Below are positions 31,177 to 41,225 of a DNA stretch of 64,000 nucleotides, piece by piece; position 1 is the stretch's first letter; each line of letters begins with the position of its first letter. A program made the translations under genes and the position numbers. Below the pieces are notes generated by a model, which had not been told where the DNA came from, did no database searches, and worked only from the letters and a program-made list of their open reading frames with translations. Location of the stretch: positions 1 to 64,000 of IMG/VR virus record IMGVR_UViG_3300020205_002848; one strand, written 5' to 3'. The DNA comes from a virus.

Positions 31177-31671
31177 ATGAAACATTTAATGAGATATGAA
31201 GGTTATACATCTATGGAAAGAGTAGATGACATTTTAGATAAAATATCTAAATATGGTATAAAATCGCTTACTCAGTTAGAAAAAGAGTTCTTAGATTCTC
31301 ACAAATCAGGGCACGAAGAAGAATTACATGTAAAATTAGCAGAGTATGAGAATGAAACTACTTTTGTTGATGATAATGGTAACTTTAAATTTGAATTTCT
31401 CAATTGTGAAGAATATGGTGGTGAAAAACATTATACAGGGGTTTTATATGTACCTGATCTAATACTAAAAAGTGGTAAAAGAATTCAAGGTATTTTAGGG
31501 GGTAAAATAATCGTTTATGAAAATGGTGGAATTTCTCCGGAATTTTATTCAGTTTCAAAAGACCCAAACACACATGAAAACTATGAAATTTTCGATTTCT
31601 GTGAGGGATTAGAGTATGAATTGGATTCATTTTTAGATTATGTGGTTGATGAACTAGAGGATAAAAACTAA
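31177..31671 (+). CDS. DUF6576-like motif protein with capsid-targeting-like N-terminus
   Basis: MKHLMRYEGY start; VDDILDKISKYGIKSLTQLEKEFL. Confidence 0.65.
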   Translation: MKHLMRYEGYTSMERVDDILDKISKYGIKSLTQLEKEFLDSHKSGHEEELHVKLAEYENETTFVDDNGNFKFEFLNCEEYGGEKHYTGVLYVPDLILKSGKRIQGILGGKIIVYENGGISPEFYSVSKDPNTHENYEIFDFCEGLEYELDSFLDYVVDELEDKN

Positions 31672-31712
31672 AGTTTGATATTTAATATATAATAAAAAAA
31701 AATAAGATTATT

Positions 31713-32261
31713 ATGATTAAAAAATATAATCAATTTGTGGATAGTAAAGCAAACGAAGAATTTACGTTTAGTGATACTGCACAAACTCCGGTTAGACCTG
31801 ATGTTAGACCTGGCGTTAAACCTGAAGAAGAAATAACACCATCAAAACCATCACCATTTAAAAGAAACAGACCATCTGTTGAGCCACAACCTAAAGCTAA
31901 TTTAGAAATGGAAATGGAAGATGAAGAAGTTGAAGTTGATAAATACACACACGCTTTGAGAAAATTAGCAGAAGCTTTAGGTTCTGAATATAATGAAAGT
32001 GATAAATTTGTGATGGTTGATGGTAAGAAAGTAATTTTCCCACCGGAAACTGAAAAATATCACGTAGAAGGTATTAAAAAACCATTCGCTACTTTAGAAG
32101 ATGTTATTTCTCATTTTGAGACTCAAGATACTGAAGAAATAGAGAATAGAACTGAAGAGGCATCAGCTGAGATGGATTCTATTAAAGACGAATCATTTTT
32201 AGATTCAGGTGAGAACCAATTTGAATCGAAAAGTTATAAACTTAAAAGATTTAAAAAATGA
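31713..32261 (+). CDS. Putative internal head protein, Pro/Glu-rich
   Basis: MIKKYNQFVD start; TAATATATA upstream. Confidence 0.65.
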   Translation: MIKKYNQFVDSKANEEFTFSDTAQTPVRPDVRPGVKPEEEITPSKPSPFKRNRPSVEPQPKANLEMEMEDEEVEVDKYTHALRKLAEALGSEYNESDKFVMVDGKKVIFPPETEKYHVEGIKKPFATLEDVISHFETQDTEEIENRTEEASAEMDSIKDESFLDSGENQFESKSYKLKRFKK

Positions 32262-32371
32262 GATTAATTTTAATAATTGTAACTTTATTGATTATATCAT
32301 CATGTAAAACTACAGAAGAACATTGTGACGCATACTCACAAAATGAAATAAAAAAAGACCATCAAATTTGA
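32258..32371 (+). CDS. 37-aa lipoprotein (not in the ORF track)
   Basis: MRLILIIVTLLIISSC-KTTEEHCDAYSQNEIKKDHQI*; signal peptide with ISSC lipobox; ATGA overlap with the upstream stop. Confidence 0.7.
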   Translation: MRLILIIVTLLIISSCKTTEEHCDAYSQNEIKKDHQI

Positions 32372-32383
32372 TGGTCTTTTTTT
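32350..32383. terminator. Bidirectional intrinsic terminator
   Basis: A7-GACCATCAA-AT-TTGATGGTC-T7 between convergent genes. Confidence 0.85.
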
Positions 32384-32398
32384 ATTTTTAAATAATAA

Positions 32399-32707
32399 TT
32401 ATTGATCCATTTCTTTTTCCTTTTGTATCTTACTTATAATATAACCAGATACTGCAAACTCAGCAGCTGACCATAAAAGGAATTCACCCATTGTAAGTGT
32501 TGGATATTTCTCCATTAAGAAGAATATCATACCCCATTGAGCGATTAAAAAAGCCATTCCTGACTCAATTCTCTTTTTTGAAAAGAATGAACTACTATTA
32601 GAATATATTTTTAATAATTCTGTAATACCCCATTTTATATTCCCCCATCCAAAAAACCATTTTTTCTTTGTTGGTTTTGTATCCAACTCTTTGTTTTCCT
32701 TTACCAT
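32399..32707 (-). CDS. Small membrane protein, holin candidate
   Basis: Two hydrophobic helices with charged ends. Confidence 0.5.
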   Translation of the reverse strand: MVKENKELDTKPTKKKWFFGWGNIKWGITELLKIYSNSSSFFSKKRIESGMAFLIAQWGMIFFLMEKYPTLTMGEFLLWSAAEFAVSGYIISKIQKEKEMDQ

Positions 32708-32784
32708 AGTGATTAATTAATTTTTATAAATTATATATAAAATTAGGAAAAGAACTTTTGTCAATATATACAACGATATTATAT

Positions 32785-33258
32785 ATGAAATTGATAAAAA
32801 CACTAAAATTTCTTTTAATTTCTGAGCATCAACACTTTTTATCAGTAGATGTTACGACTTATAAAAGATGGAAAATACTAATAAAACTGGTTATAAATCT
32901 AAATAAGAACTACAAAACTTGTGAAATATATAGAAAGAAATTCAAATACTTAGAAGACTTTGTAGTTGTTGGACTTAGATATAACGGGAAAAATGTTAGA
33001 AGAAGAACATCTGGATTCGCTAAAGAATTTGTAGAACAACATAAAGACTCTAAATGTATTTACTGTGACATTTCTTTAACACCTGAAAATGCAACAGCTG
33101 ACCACATAATTCCGATTTCATCTGGTGGAAATAATTCCCAGGTTAATTTGATTGTGTGTTGTAAAGATTGTAATGCTGAAAGAGGAAATTTAGAATTTAG
33201 TTCATACTTAGTTCAGAAAAATAAAAATCACAAAACATCAAGAAATTTATTTATTTGA
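32785..33258 (+). CDS. HNH endonuclease
   Basis: CIYC...ATADHIIPISSGGNNSQVNLIVCCKDCNAERG. Confidence 0.88.
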   Translation: MKLIKTLKFLLISEHQHFLSVDVTTYKRWKILIKLVINLNKNYKTCEIYRKKFKYLEDFVVVGLRYNGKNVRRRTSGFAKEFVEQHKDSKCIYCDISLTPENATADHIIPISSGGNNSQVNLIVCCKDCNAERGNLEFSSYLVQKNKNHKTSRNLFI

Positions 33259-33831
33259 TATTTTAACCTTTTTAAAAACTTTGAAATTATCTTCCCAAGG
33301 AATAAAAACTACACCGTCAGCCAAAACTTCAAGTTTTATTTTACCAATCTGACCTTCTTTCAATATGTTAAGTTTTTTAACAGGTATTATACATTTCCCA
33401 TTTTCAACCTCACCTAAGAACATAATATTCCAATCATCTGATTCTATTACTAATCTAGTAGTTACTTTCGATGTATCAGTCCCATCTATGTGAATATCAC
33501 AAGAAAAGTTTTCATTAACATCTTGATATAATTTATAATAATTGGTGTTTGTGTTTTCGAATTGTAAATTACTTTCAAGTGAATTGTCTTCATCATCTTC
33601 ATCATCTTCATCAAAATCAAAATTTTGTTTATTTTCAACATCTTGATCATTTAGATTTTCTTTCTCATTTTCTTGATCAACTTCTACAGTTTCTTCAAAA
33701 TCATCTTGTTCAAATGAATAATCTTTAACATCATCCTCTTCATCAAATGAATCATCATTTAAAATTGGCGCACTTTCATTTATAAATTTATTGGATATAA
33801 AATCTTTGAAACTTATCACATCTTTAATCAT
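33247..33831 (-). CDS. Acidic putative virion protein
   Basis: VISFKDFI..FINE N-terminus, acidic linker, beta-rich C-terminal domain. Confidence 0.6.
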   Translation of the reverse strand: MIKDVISFKDFISNKFINESAPILNDDSFDEEDDVKDYSFEQDDFEETVEVDQENEKENLNDQDVENKQNFDFDEDDEDDEDNSLESNLQFENTNTNYYKLYQDVNENFSCDIHIDGTDTSKVTTRLVIESDDWNIMFLGEVENGKCIIPVKKLNILKEGQIGKIKLEVLADGVVFIPWEDNFKVFKKVKISNK

Positions 33832-33841
33832 GATTTATATA

Positions 33842-34237
33842 TTATTTTTTAATATCAATTTTTATATTTACTCCAGAATTTATAAATCTTTCAAAATCAT
33901 TAGTTGACACTTTTATATCCTCTTTTTTCTCTAAAACCTTTTCATAATCAATATCATTTACTCTACAATATAATTTTATTATTTTTTCGGTTTTCTCATC
34001 TCCTATATTCTCTCTTAACTTATTCCATGGATTTCCATCTATATAATCTTTAAAAGGATATCCTCCTGATCCACCTCTTTTTACTTCTAAAAGAATGAAT
34101 ATTTCATCCCAGGTCATATCTATATTTTCCCATTTGAGATTTAGTTCATCCCAATCTAAATATTTCTTACCATTTGATATTTCTTCATCAGACCAATCAA
34201 CATTGGTTCCTAGAAGAGATGAGTATTTTAACGACAT
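33842..34237 (-). CDS. Hypothetical Trp-rich protein
   Basis: 131-aa ORF, periodic W in DWDELNLKWENIDMTWDE. Confidence 0.6.
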   Translation of the reverse strand: MSLKYSSLLGTNVDWSDEEISNGKKYLDWDELNLKWENIDMTWDEIFILLEVKRGGSGGYPFKDYIDGNPWNKLRENIGDEKTEKIIKLYCRVNDIDYEKVLEKKEDIKVSTNDFERFINSGVNIKIDIKK

Positions 34238-34304
34238 AAATATTATAAGCTTTTTAGTATATATAAAAAATGTAAGATTAAACTATTAATATATATATCA
34301 AATT

Positions 34305-37300
34305 ATGAATTATAATTTAACAGGAGTCACGGCCTCTCAATCATATGGTAGATTGGTACAAGTAGAATTAGGAACACCCAATTCTTTTTATGATGGGTTT
34401 GGTAACCCAATATCAATTGGGGGAGTCGGTCCAACTGGATCACCTGGACCTGCTGGTCCAACATTTTTAGTTGGTAACGCAGGGGATAATAGAGTAATGA
34501 CTTCAGTGGGTACAAATTCAGCATATGCTGAATCTAATTTAACATTTGATGGATCGACCTTGAATGTAGTTGGTGATATAACAAGTACTTCTGTTAATAC
34601 AGATTCACTTGGTGTTGATTACTTAGACGCATATCATGGGACATTTTCAACAGTTGATACATCTTACTTATATACTGATAGTTTAGTAATCAATAGTATT
34701 TCTTCTACTTCGAGTTTGACTAGTTATTTAGTAATTGATGGGAGTGGAAATGTTTATTCACAAGTAGGTATTATAGGTGGTTCTGGATCGAATGGATCAA
34801 GTGGGACTTCTGGATCAAACGGACTTGATGGATCAAGTGGAACATCTGGATCAAACGGATCTGATGGACTTGATGGATCAAGTGGAACATCTGGGTCTAA
34901 CGGAATTGATGGACTTGATGGATCAAGTGGAACTAGTGGATATAACGGAATTGATGGATCAAGTGGAACTAGTGGATCTAACGGAATTGATGGATCGAGT
35001 GGGACATCTGGATCAAACGGATCTGATGGACTTGATGGATCGAGTGGAACATCTGGATCAAATGGAATTGATGGATCAAGTGGAACAAGTGGATCTAACG
35101 GAATTGATGGATCATCTGGGACATCTGGGTCAAACGGAATTGATGGATCAAGTGGAACAAGTGGGTCAAACGGAATTGATGGATCAAGTGGAACAAGTGG
35201 GTCAAACGGAATCGATGGAACTTCAGGGACAAGTGGATCAAACGGAATTGATGGATCATCGGGAACAAGTGGTGTTAATGGATCATCCGGAACAAGTGGA
35301 TCAAGCGGAACTGGGTTTAACTCAATTATAAATCCAACTGATTATAGAATATTGACATCTACTGGGTCTTCTACGAATTCAGCATTGGCTAATACAGGAT
35401 TAACTTATGATGGTAATACATTCTCTGTTCATGGGGGTACTATTGACTCAGTTAAATATGTTGATTTTGGTGAGTATGCAATATCAGCGACTAAAACAGG
35501 TAGAACTTTCTTTGATGAAACTGACAAAGCTCTATCTTATTTCCCTGATACTGGTCAAGATGTCTTGGTTAAAACCGGTCAGCAATTATATACAAGAGTT
35601 TATAATAACTCTGGAATTTCAATACCAAAGGGGTCAGCTGTTAAGATATTATCAGCTTCTGGTAGTTTACCTTGTGCTACTTTAGCATTGGCTACACATA
35701 CTGTTAATAATCAAGTTTTAGGACTAGCCGCTTCAGATATTCCAAATTTAGGAGCAGGTTTAATTTTAAATAAAGGTATATTAAGAGGAATTGCTATAAA
35801 TACATTTAGTGTAAATGATATTGTATACTTATCAGATACTATACCAGGTGGGTATACAAAAACCCTATCTGTTTTACCAGGTGCGATAACCCCTAGAACA
35901 AATCAAATAGGGTATATTTTAGCTACTGGTTCAACAACTGGTGAAATATATGTTGATGTGGTTAATGAACCAGTTAGTTTAAGTTTAACTAATATTGAGA
36001 GAAATATATTAGAGGGTAATGTTATTTCAACTGGGGCTTACGCTTTCGGTGGTATAACACAAACATCAGGGACTACGTTTACTATTGGTACTGTTAGTGC
36101 TTGGATAGTTCAAAATACTTATGAGTATGCAACATTACCCGATGTTATTAATGTTCAATATCCTATGACTACTGGGTTGACAAGTTCTTATATAAATACA
36201 GCGGATTCAACTTATTTACTATTAACTCGCACATCTTCTATTACACAACAAGGGACTTTTCCAACACCTCAACAAAGAAGAGAGAATGTATATTTAGGAA
36301 AAATAACACACCCCAATAGATCATCATTCCAGAATGTTAATAATTCAGCGGATTATGATGTTTCCCCAATGTCGTCGCTAAGAGACTTATGGGCACCAAT
36401 TAAACTTATCAATGATGGTATTGTTGTTTCTTCAAATGCTGCTAATTTAACTATTAAAACATCATATGGTAAATTATGGGGTAATGGTATTAACTTCCAA
36501 TTAAATGAATTAGATCCAAATAGTTTGGTTATATCAGCAACCACACCATCAACATTCCAATATAGAACACAAACCGGTGGCACTTTCAGTAATACTACTA
36601 ATATAGACCCTGGATTCTATGACTTAGCTGGAGTGAGAACTGCTATTCCTGGTTCATCATCAAGAGCTAGTAATCAAAGAATCTATCTATTCCCAACTGG
36701 AATAATTAGAATTCAGTATGGCCAACAATGGTATGCTAATTTAACAGATGCTGTTACTGGTTTGGAAGGTGAGACATTTATAGAATATCCTAATAATAAA
36801 GAATCTGGTATACTAATAGGAATTTTAAGTGTTGTGAAGGGAGCGACCAATTTACAAACTATCGCAGATGCTAAATTTCAATTTGTTTCTAAGTTTGGTG
36901 AATTATTAGGGGGGACCGGTGGTTTATCAACAACGACATTACAACAAGCTTATGATAACTCTACTAGTCCTGAAATATTAACAGATTCTACATTGGGTGC
37001 AGTTACATTCAAAAGAGGAAGTACATCCGATAGTGATAATGTTATTGAGGTTTTAAGTGGATCTAATGGTGTTACTTTTAGTGTAACTGGTCATGGTAAA
37101 ACAACTACAAATACTTTATCAATTAAAGGAATCGGTTCAACATCATCAGCAACTAAATATATGGTTGTTGATGATAGTGGTGATACTTACTACCAAACTA
37201 CAAATATTGGATCAATTGGGGCTACTGGGGCAACTGGATTAGGGGGAGCTTTGGGTAATTATGGAGCATTTTATGATACAGCAACACAATTAAACCCAAC

Positions 37301-38003
37301 GGCTAGTACTGCAATGCCAATGTATATTAACTCTACTTTTGAAAGTAATGGAGTTTCATTAGCAAACGGTTCGAAAATGTTATTTAGTAACCCAGGAACT
37401 TATAATATTCAATTCTCAACTGTTTTTAATAAGTCTAATTCATCTTCTGGATTGGTTGATATATGGTTTTCAAAAAATGGACAATATATAACTCAATCGA
37501 ATACATCATTTAATATCGCTGGACAAGCAAATACAATAGCATCTTGGAATTTTATAAACACAGTAAATGCAAATGATTATATAGAATTATATTGGAGTTC
37601 ACCTGATACAACTATATCTATAGTTCCTACCGGGACACAATCAAACCCAACAAGACCAGCTGTACCTTCTGTTATATTAACTGCTCAACAAGTTATGTAC
37701 ACACAAACAGGACCAAGTTACTATTCTACAGCAACTGCTAGTTCAGTTACTTATAGTGTTGTTTTAGACCTAGAGCCAACTCAATATATTGGGGTTACAT
37801 ATTCTACAGCTTCTACTATACATATACCTAATTCAACACAAGATGGGAAAGTAGTAATAGTAAAAGATGAGTCTGGGTTAGCTTCATTGAATAATATTAC
37901 AATAGAGGCTTCTAAAATAGATTCGGGTACACAATCTTTAATTTCTTCAAATCATGGACATGTTAATTTAATGTGGAGAGGGAGTACTTGGTGGATAATT
38001 TAA
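34305..38003 (+). CDS. Tail fibre protein with Gly-X-Y repeats
   Basis: GPTGSPGPAGP; tandem GSNGIDGSSGTS; GATGATG; C1q/BclA-like segment (GTYNIQFS); C-terminal GKVVIVKDESG...W.II. Confidence 0.8.
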   Translation: MNYNLTGVTASQSYGRLVQVELGTPNSFYDGFGNPISIGGVGPTGSPGPAGPTFLVGNAGDNRVMTSVGTNSAYAESNLTFDGSTLNVVGDITSTSVNTDSLGVDYLDAYHGTFSTVDTSYLYTDSLVINSISSTSSLTSYLVIDGSGNVYSQVGIIGGSGSNGSSGTSGSNGLDGSSGTSGSNGSDGLDGSSGTSGSNGIDGLDGSSGTSGYNGIDGSSGTSGSNGIDGSSGTSGSNGSDGLDGSSGTSGSNGIDGSSGTSGSNGIDGSSGTSGSNGIDGSSGTSGSNGIDGSSGTSGSNGIDGTSGTSGSNGIDGSSGTSGVNGSSGTSGSSGTGFNSIINPTDYRILTSTGSSTNSALANTGLTYDGNTFSVHGGTIDSVKYVDFGEYAISATKTGRTFFDETDKALSYFPDTGQDVLVKTGQQLYTRVYNNSGISIPKGSAVKILSASGSLPCATLALATHTVNNQVLGLAASDIPNLGAGLILNKGILRGIAINTFSVNDIVYLSDTIPGGYTKTLSVLPGAITPRTNQIGYILATGSTTGEIYVDVVNEPVSLSLTNIERNILEGNVISTGAYAFGGITQTSGTTFTIGTVSAWIVQNTYEYATLPDVINVQYPMTTGLTSSYINTADSTYLLLTRTSSITQQGTFPTPQQRRENVYLGKITHPNRSSFQNVNNSADYDVSPMSSLRDLWAPIKLINDGIVVSSNAANLTIKTSYGKLWGNGINFQLNELDPNSLVISATTPSTFQYRTQTGGTFSNTTNIDPGFYDLAGVRTAIPGSSSRASNQRIYLFPTGIIRIQYGQQWYANLTDAVTGLEGETFIEYPNNKESGILIGILSVVKGATNLQTIADAKFQFVSKFGELLGGTGGLSTTTLQQAYDNSTSPEILTDSTLGAVTFKRGSTSDSDNVIEVLSGSNGVTFSVTGHGKTTTNTLSIKGIGSTSSATKYMVVDDSGDTYYQTTNIGSIGATGATGLGGALGNYGAFYDTATQLNPTASTAMPMYINSTFESNGVSLANGSKMLFSNPGTYNIQFSTVFNKSNSSSGLVDIWFSKNGQYITQSNTSFNIAGQANTIASWNFINTVNANDYIELYWSSPDTTISIVPTGTQSNPTRPAVPSVILTAQQVMYTQTGPSYYSTATASSVTYSVVLDLEPTQYIGVTYSTASTIHIPNSTQDGKVVIVKDESGLASLNNITIEASKIDSGTQSLISSNHGHVNLMWRGSTWWII
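34778..35315 (+). repeat. Coding tandem repeat, mostly 36-nt units encoding GSNGIDGSSGTS
   Basis: About 13 imperfect copies visible in DNA and protein. Confidence 0.9.
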
Positions 38004-38009
38004 ATAGAT

Positions 38010-38052
38010 TTGATTGTGGTTTTAAAAATATACTTTTTACTACCACAATCAA
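38010..38052. terminator. Hairpin between convergent genes
   Basis: ttgattgtggt ... accacaatcaa 11-bp inverted repeat. Confidence 0.55.
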
Positions 38053-38058
38053 GTAAAT

Positions 38059-39255
38059 TTATAATTTGTTAAAATTATCAAATTTCCTATTATATTCATT
38101 ATTCTCATCTATATTCTTTTTCTTTCTAAATTTAGGAATCCATTTTATATCCAAAATGTCAGAACTGAAGAATTCTTCCAATACTAACTTCTTATAAGGA
38201 TCTTCAACTAATTGAGCTAATTTATTTATATCTTTAACTTTACTTATTCTATGAAGAAGACTATATGGGTCTTTTGAATTCTTTTTATCAACAATATCTT
38301 CAAATAATTTTCTCCATAAGAAAATGGGATAACCTTCTTTAAGTTTTTCTTCAGATTTTTTATAACCAGCTTCATCATTATCAAAAAAGTATTGAATATC
38401 CAACTCATTATTCTCAAGGAAAGTATAATCAGTATTTACACCCACCAGTCCAATAGAATTTGGATAAAATAAAGAATCTAAATAACCCTCAAATACAGTA
38501 AGTCTATCCATTAAATCAACATTTAAAATATTGAAATAATATGAAAGTTTATTGTAAACAACAATCTGTGATATATCCATATCGACTATATTTTCCCTAC
38601 CTATATTAGTCCATTCTAAAAGATTTTCATAATTGTAAATCTTAAACATACGCCTCTTACCCTCTTTAAGATTACGGACTTGCATACCCAAAACTTTAGT
38701 ATCTCTACGATTTAACATAATTATAATCCACTCTGATTCATCTTCATTCTTCCAATACTTTGCTTGGTAAATATTTTTATGAAATTCAGGTGGGATTCCC
38801 CTACCAATTAAATACTTATAAACACCACCATTTACTACAATAGGTTTAAAGTCTGTTATAGGGGTTAATTCTTGACTAAATACTCTTTCCAACTCTGATA
38901 ACTCTATCAAGTCATCAAATTTAGCATCAACAAAGTCACCAGCATAATCAGAATAGGTCATAACACTATTTAAGTGTTCTATCATTTCAAGCTTCTTGTC
39001 AGGGTCTAATTGTTCATTGAAATCTTTGCAGAGTTTATCTAAAGTTGTTCTTCTATCACAATTAAAACAGATGAAAAATAATTTATTAAAGTATAAGTTA
39101 CCCCGCTTTGCGTATTTATTTTTACCGGAATCACCACAACAAGGACAGCAAAAGTTTAGCCTATCATTATAGACTACTATTTTTCTACGAGTAGGGTCTG
39201 AAAATTCTTTATTTAAAATGTTCTGAATTAACCCTGTTACATAAACCTTATCCAT
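38059..39255 (-). CDS. DNA primase (T4 gp61-like)
   Basis: NFCCPCCGDS...KRG...CFNC zinc domain; YLIGRGI; TOPRIM VFEGYLDSLF and FFDNDEAG; KDIN. Confidence 0.9.
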   Translation of the reverse strand: MDKVYVTGLIQNILNKEFSDPTRRKIVVYNDRLNFCCPCCGDSGKNKYAKRGNLYFNKLFFICFNCDRRTTLDKLCKDFNEQLDPDKKLEMIEHLNSVMTYSDYAGDFVDAKFDDLIELSELERVFSQELTPITDFKPIVVNGGVYKYLIGRGIPPEFHKNIYQAKYWKNEDESEWIIIMLNRRDTKVLGMQVRNLKEGKRRMFKIYNYENLLEWTNIGRENIVDMDISQIVVYNKLSYYFNILNVDLMDRLTVFEGYLDSLFYPNSIGLVGVNTDYTFLENNELDIQYFFDNDEAGYKKSEEKLKEGYPIFLWRKLFEDIVDKKNSKDPYSLLHRISKVKDINKLAQLVEDPYKKLVLEEFFSSDILDIKWIPKFRKKKNIDENNEYNRKFDNFNKL

Positions 39256-39374
39256 TTTTATAATTTTTTAATCATATGTATTATTATTCATATAATAAAT
39301 ATCACACTCCCAATTTTATAGATTGGTAAAAGAAGTAAGTTTAAATCAAAAAAATTAATTAGTATATTTATATT

Positions 39375-39632
39375 ATGAGAACATTAAAAGAGTTATATGA
39401 TTTGGGGTTAGATGTCAGAGATTCTGATATCCCAAAAATCTGGAAAGAAAGTTTTGAAAAATTCATTTTTGGATCTACCTGCCAAGTTGAAACCAATGAA
39501 GATGGATCAATTAGAGAATTTATATACTATGGGTCTGATTTCCGTCATTGGTATTACCAAAATAAAGAAGTTATCGAGAGGGATATTAAAATAGATGAAT
39601 TATTAGATAATAAAAAAAGTCCTCTTATTTAG
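39375..39632 (+). CDS. Hypothetical protein with C-terminal ERDIKIDELL motif
   Basis: 85-aa ORF. Confidence 0.65.
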   Translation: MRTLKELYDLGLDVRDSDIPKIWKESFEKFIFGSTCQVETNEDGSIREFIYYGSDFRHWYYQNKEVIERDIKIDELLDNKKSPLI

Positions 39633-39644
39633 AGGACTTTTTTT
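39612..39644. terminator. Bidirectional terminator overlapping convergent stop codons
   Basis: A7-GTCCTCT-TATTT-AGAGGAC-T7. Confidence 0.8.
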
Positions 39645-40800
39645 GTTTATTTGTTTCTTTTATTTCTTTTCTCATTTCTTTCGAATTTCTAGCCAGATAA
39701 TCTACTTGTCTTTTAAATTGATTATAAAAGTCATCCTGTCTATTTTCAGGACCAGATGGGTTTAATCTACCAGTCATATTACCAAATTGAGTACAAGTAA
39801 GTACTGAACTTTCAAGACCAGTTGATTGATTTGAAGTTTCAACTATTTTGTTGAAATTTTTGAAACTTTTTACAATTGACTCTTTTTTATAAATTGTTGT
39901 TTGGGTTTCATCTCCACCTGTATCAAATAAATAAAACTCTTTTACATTTGAGTAAGTCTCATTATGAAGTTCTTTCAAAACCTCATCCATGTGTCCGACA
40001 TTCCCTGGATCATCATCAGAAAATCCAACTTTAGCAACCACTTTCCAATTTTCACCGCTCTTATTAAAATCCTCTTCTAATTCTTTTGCATAATTATCAC
40101 ATTTTTTAACAAATTCTAAGAAAGCATCTTCTTTTGATTTCTCTGGGTTGTCTGGTTTTCCTCCTCTTGATGGAGCAGATACTCCTATAAATTGACATTG
40201 ATCTAAATAATCATTTATTAAATCATCATCTGATTTAATAGGTTGATTGAATAAGTGAGAATACATTTTTAAATGATCCATCATACTCGCTCTTTCTGTT
40301 GGACTAAATTTACTTATTATAAACTCAACTCCTTCTCTCATAGGTCCTGAATTATTATTAGGCCCAGATTCGTGTCCTCTAGCGGTGATTATAGAAAAAA
40401 GAGAACCAGTTGTAAGACATTTTTTGAATTTATCATAAGATTTTGCGAACATTCTATTGTTTATCGCTTTTTCAACATCTTTAACAAAGATTTTTGGTTC
40501 AACCTCATCTCTAAAATATCTAAATGAATCTTTTGCGTATCCAGTTATAACTTGACCATTATATTCAAAATTTTCAACACCTATAATTGAACGGTATTCC
40601 GCGAAATCTTGAGTAGACATTCCTACTTCTTCACCTTTATCATTTGAAAGAAATATTTCAGTTGGCATATGTAGTATATTATCATCCCAGTCAAATGCAT
40701 AATAAAGCAATTCATATACTTTATAATCTGAACCAGAAGCATCTTGAAATTGACCTTCTCTATACTCTTCTTTAAGGTATTGATTAAACTTTTTAATCAT
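39625..40800 (-). CDS. HAD-superfamily phosphatase-like protein with capsid-targeting-like N-terminus
   Basis: MIKKFNQYLKEE start; YAFDWDDNI (motif I), IITARG (II), GFSDDD..N (IV). Confidence 0.7.
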   Translation of the reverse strand: MIKKFNQYLKEEYREGQFQDASGSDYKVYELLYYAFDWDDNILHMPTEIFLSNDKGEEVGMSTQDFAEYRSIIGVENFEYNGQVITGYAKDSFRYFRDEVEPKIFVKDVEKAINNRMFAKSYDKFKKCLTTGSLFSIITARGHESGPNNNSGPMREGVEFIISKFSPTERASMMDHLKMYSHLFNQPIKSDDDLINDYLDQCQFIGVSAPSRGGKPDNPEKSKEDAFLEFVKKCDNYAKELEEDFNKSGENWKVVAKVGFSDDDPGNVGHMDEVLKELHNETYSNVKEFYLFDTGGDETQTTIYKKESIVKSFKNFNKIVETSNQSTGLESSVLTCTQFGNMTGRLNPSGPENRQDDFYNQFKRQVDYLARNSKEMRKEIKETNKQKKSSK

Positions 40801-40806
40801 TTTAGG

Positions 40807-41133
40807 TTATTTTTTTTTGTTTAAAAATGATTGGAAAGATTCTAAAGCGGAACCTTCTACTCTTTTCTCATCTTCTTCTTCTTGAGACTCATCTTCATCT
40901 TCATCTTCATCATCTTCTTGAGACTCTTCTTGACCAAAATCTTCTTCTTCTTGACCAAATTGACCAAATCCTTGAACTTCATCATTATCAGACTCTTCAC
41001 CTTCTTCACCTTCTTCGATTTCGATTGTGAATTCTTCGATAACTTCTTCGTCTTTAGTAGCATTAACAGAGATAACACCTTCTAATTCTTCGATACTTAT
41101 TACATATCCGTTTATTTCAACACTAGTTTTCAT
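40807..41133 (-). CDS. Very acidic small protein
   Basis: Glu/Asp-rich; C-terminal LESFQSFLNKKK; TAATATATA upstream. Confidence 0.7.
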   Translation of the reverse strand: MKTSVEINGYVISIEELEGVISVNATKDEEVIEEFTIEIEEGEEGEESDNDEVQGFGQFGQEEEDFGQEESQEDDEDEDEDESQEEEDEKRVEGSALESFQSFLNKKK

Positions 41134-41225
41134 ATTTTCTATTTTTTTTATTATATATTAAAATCCAATATCGCTTTTATATAAAACTTTATCTATTTTT
41201 TTTATAAAAAACAAAAACTATTAAC

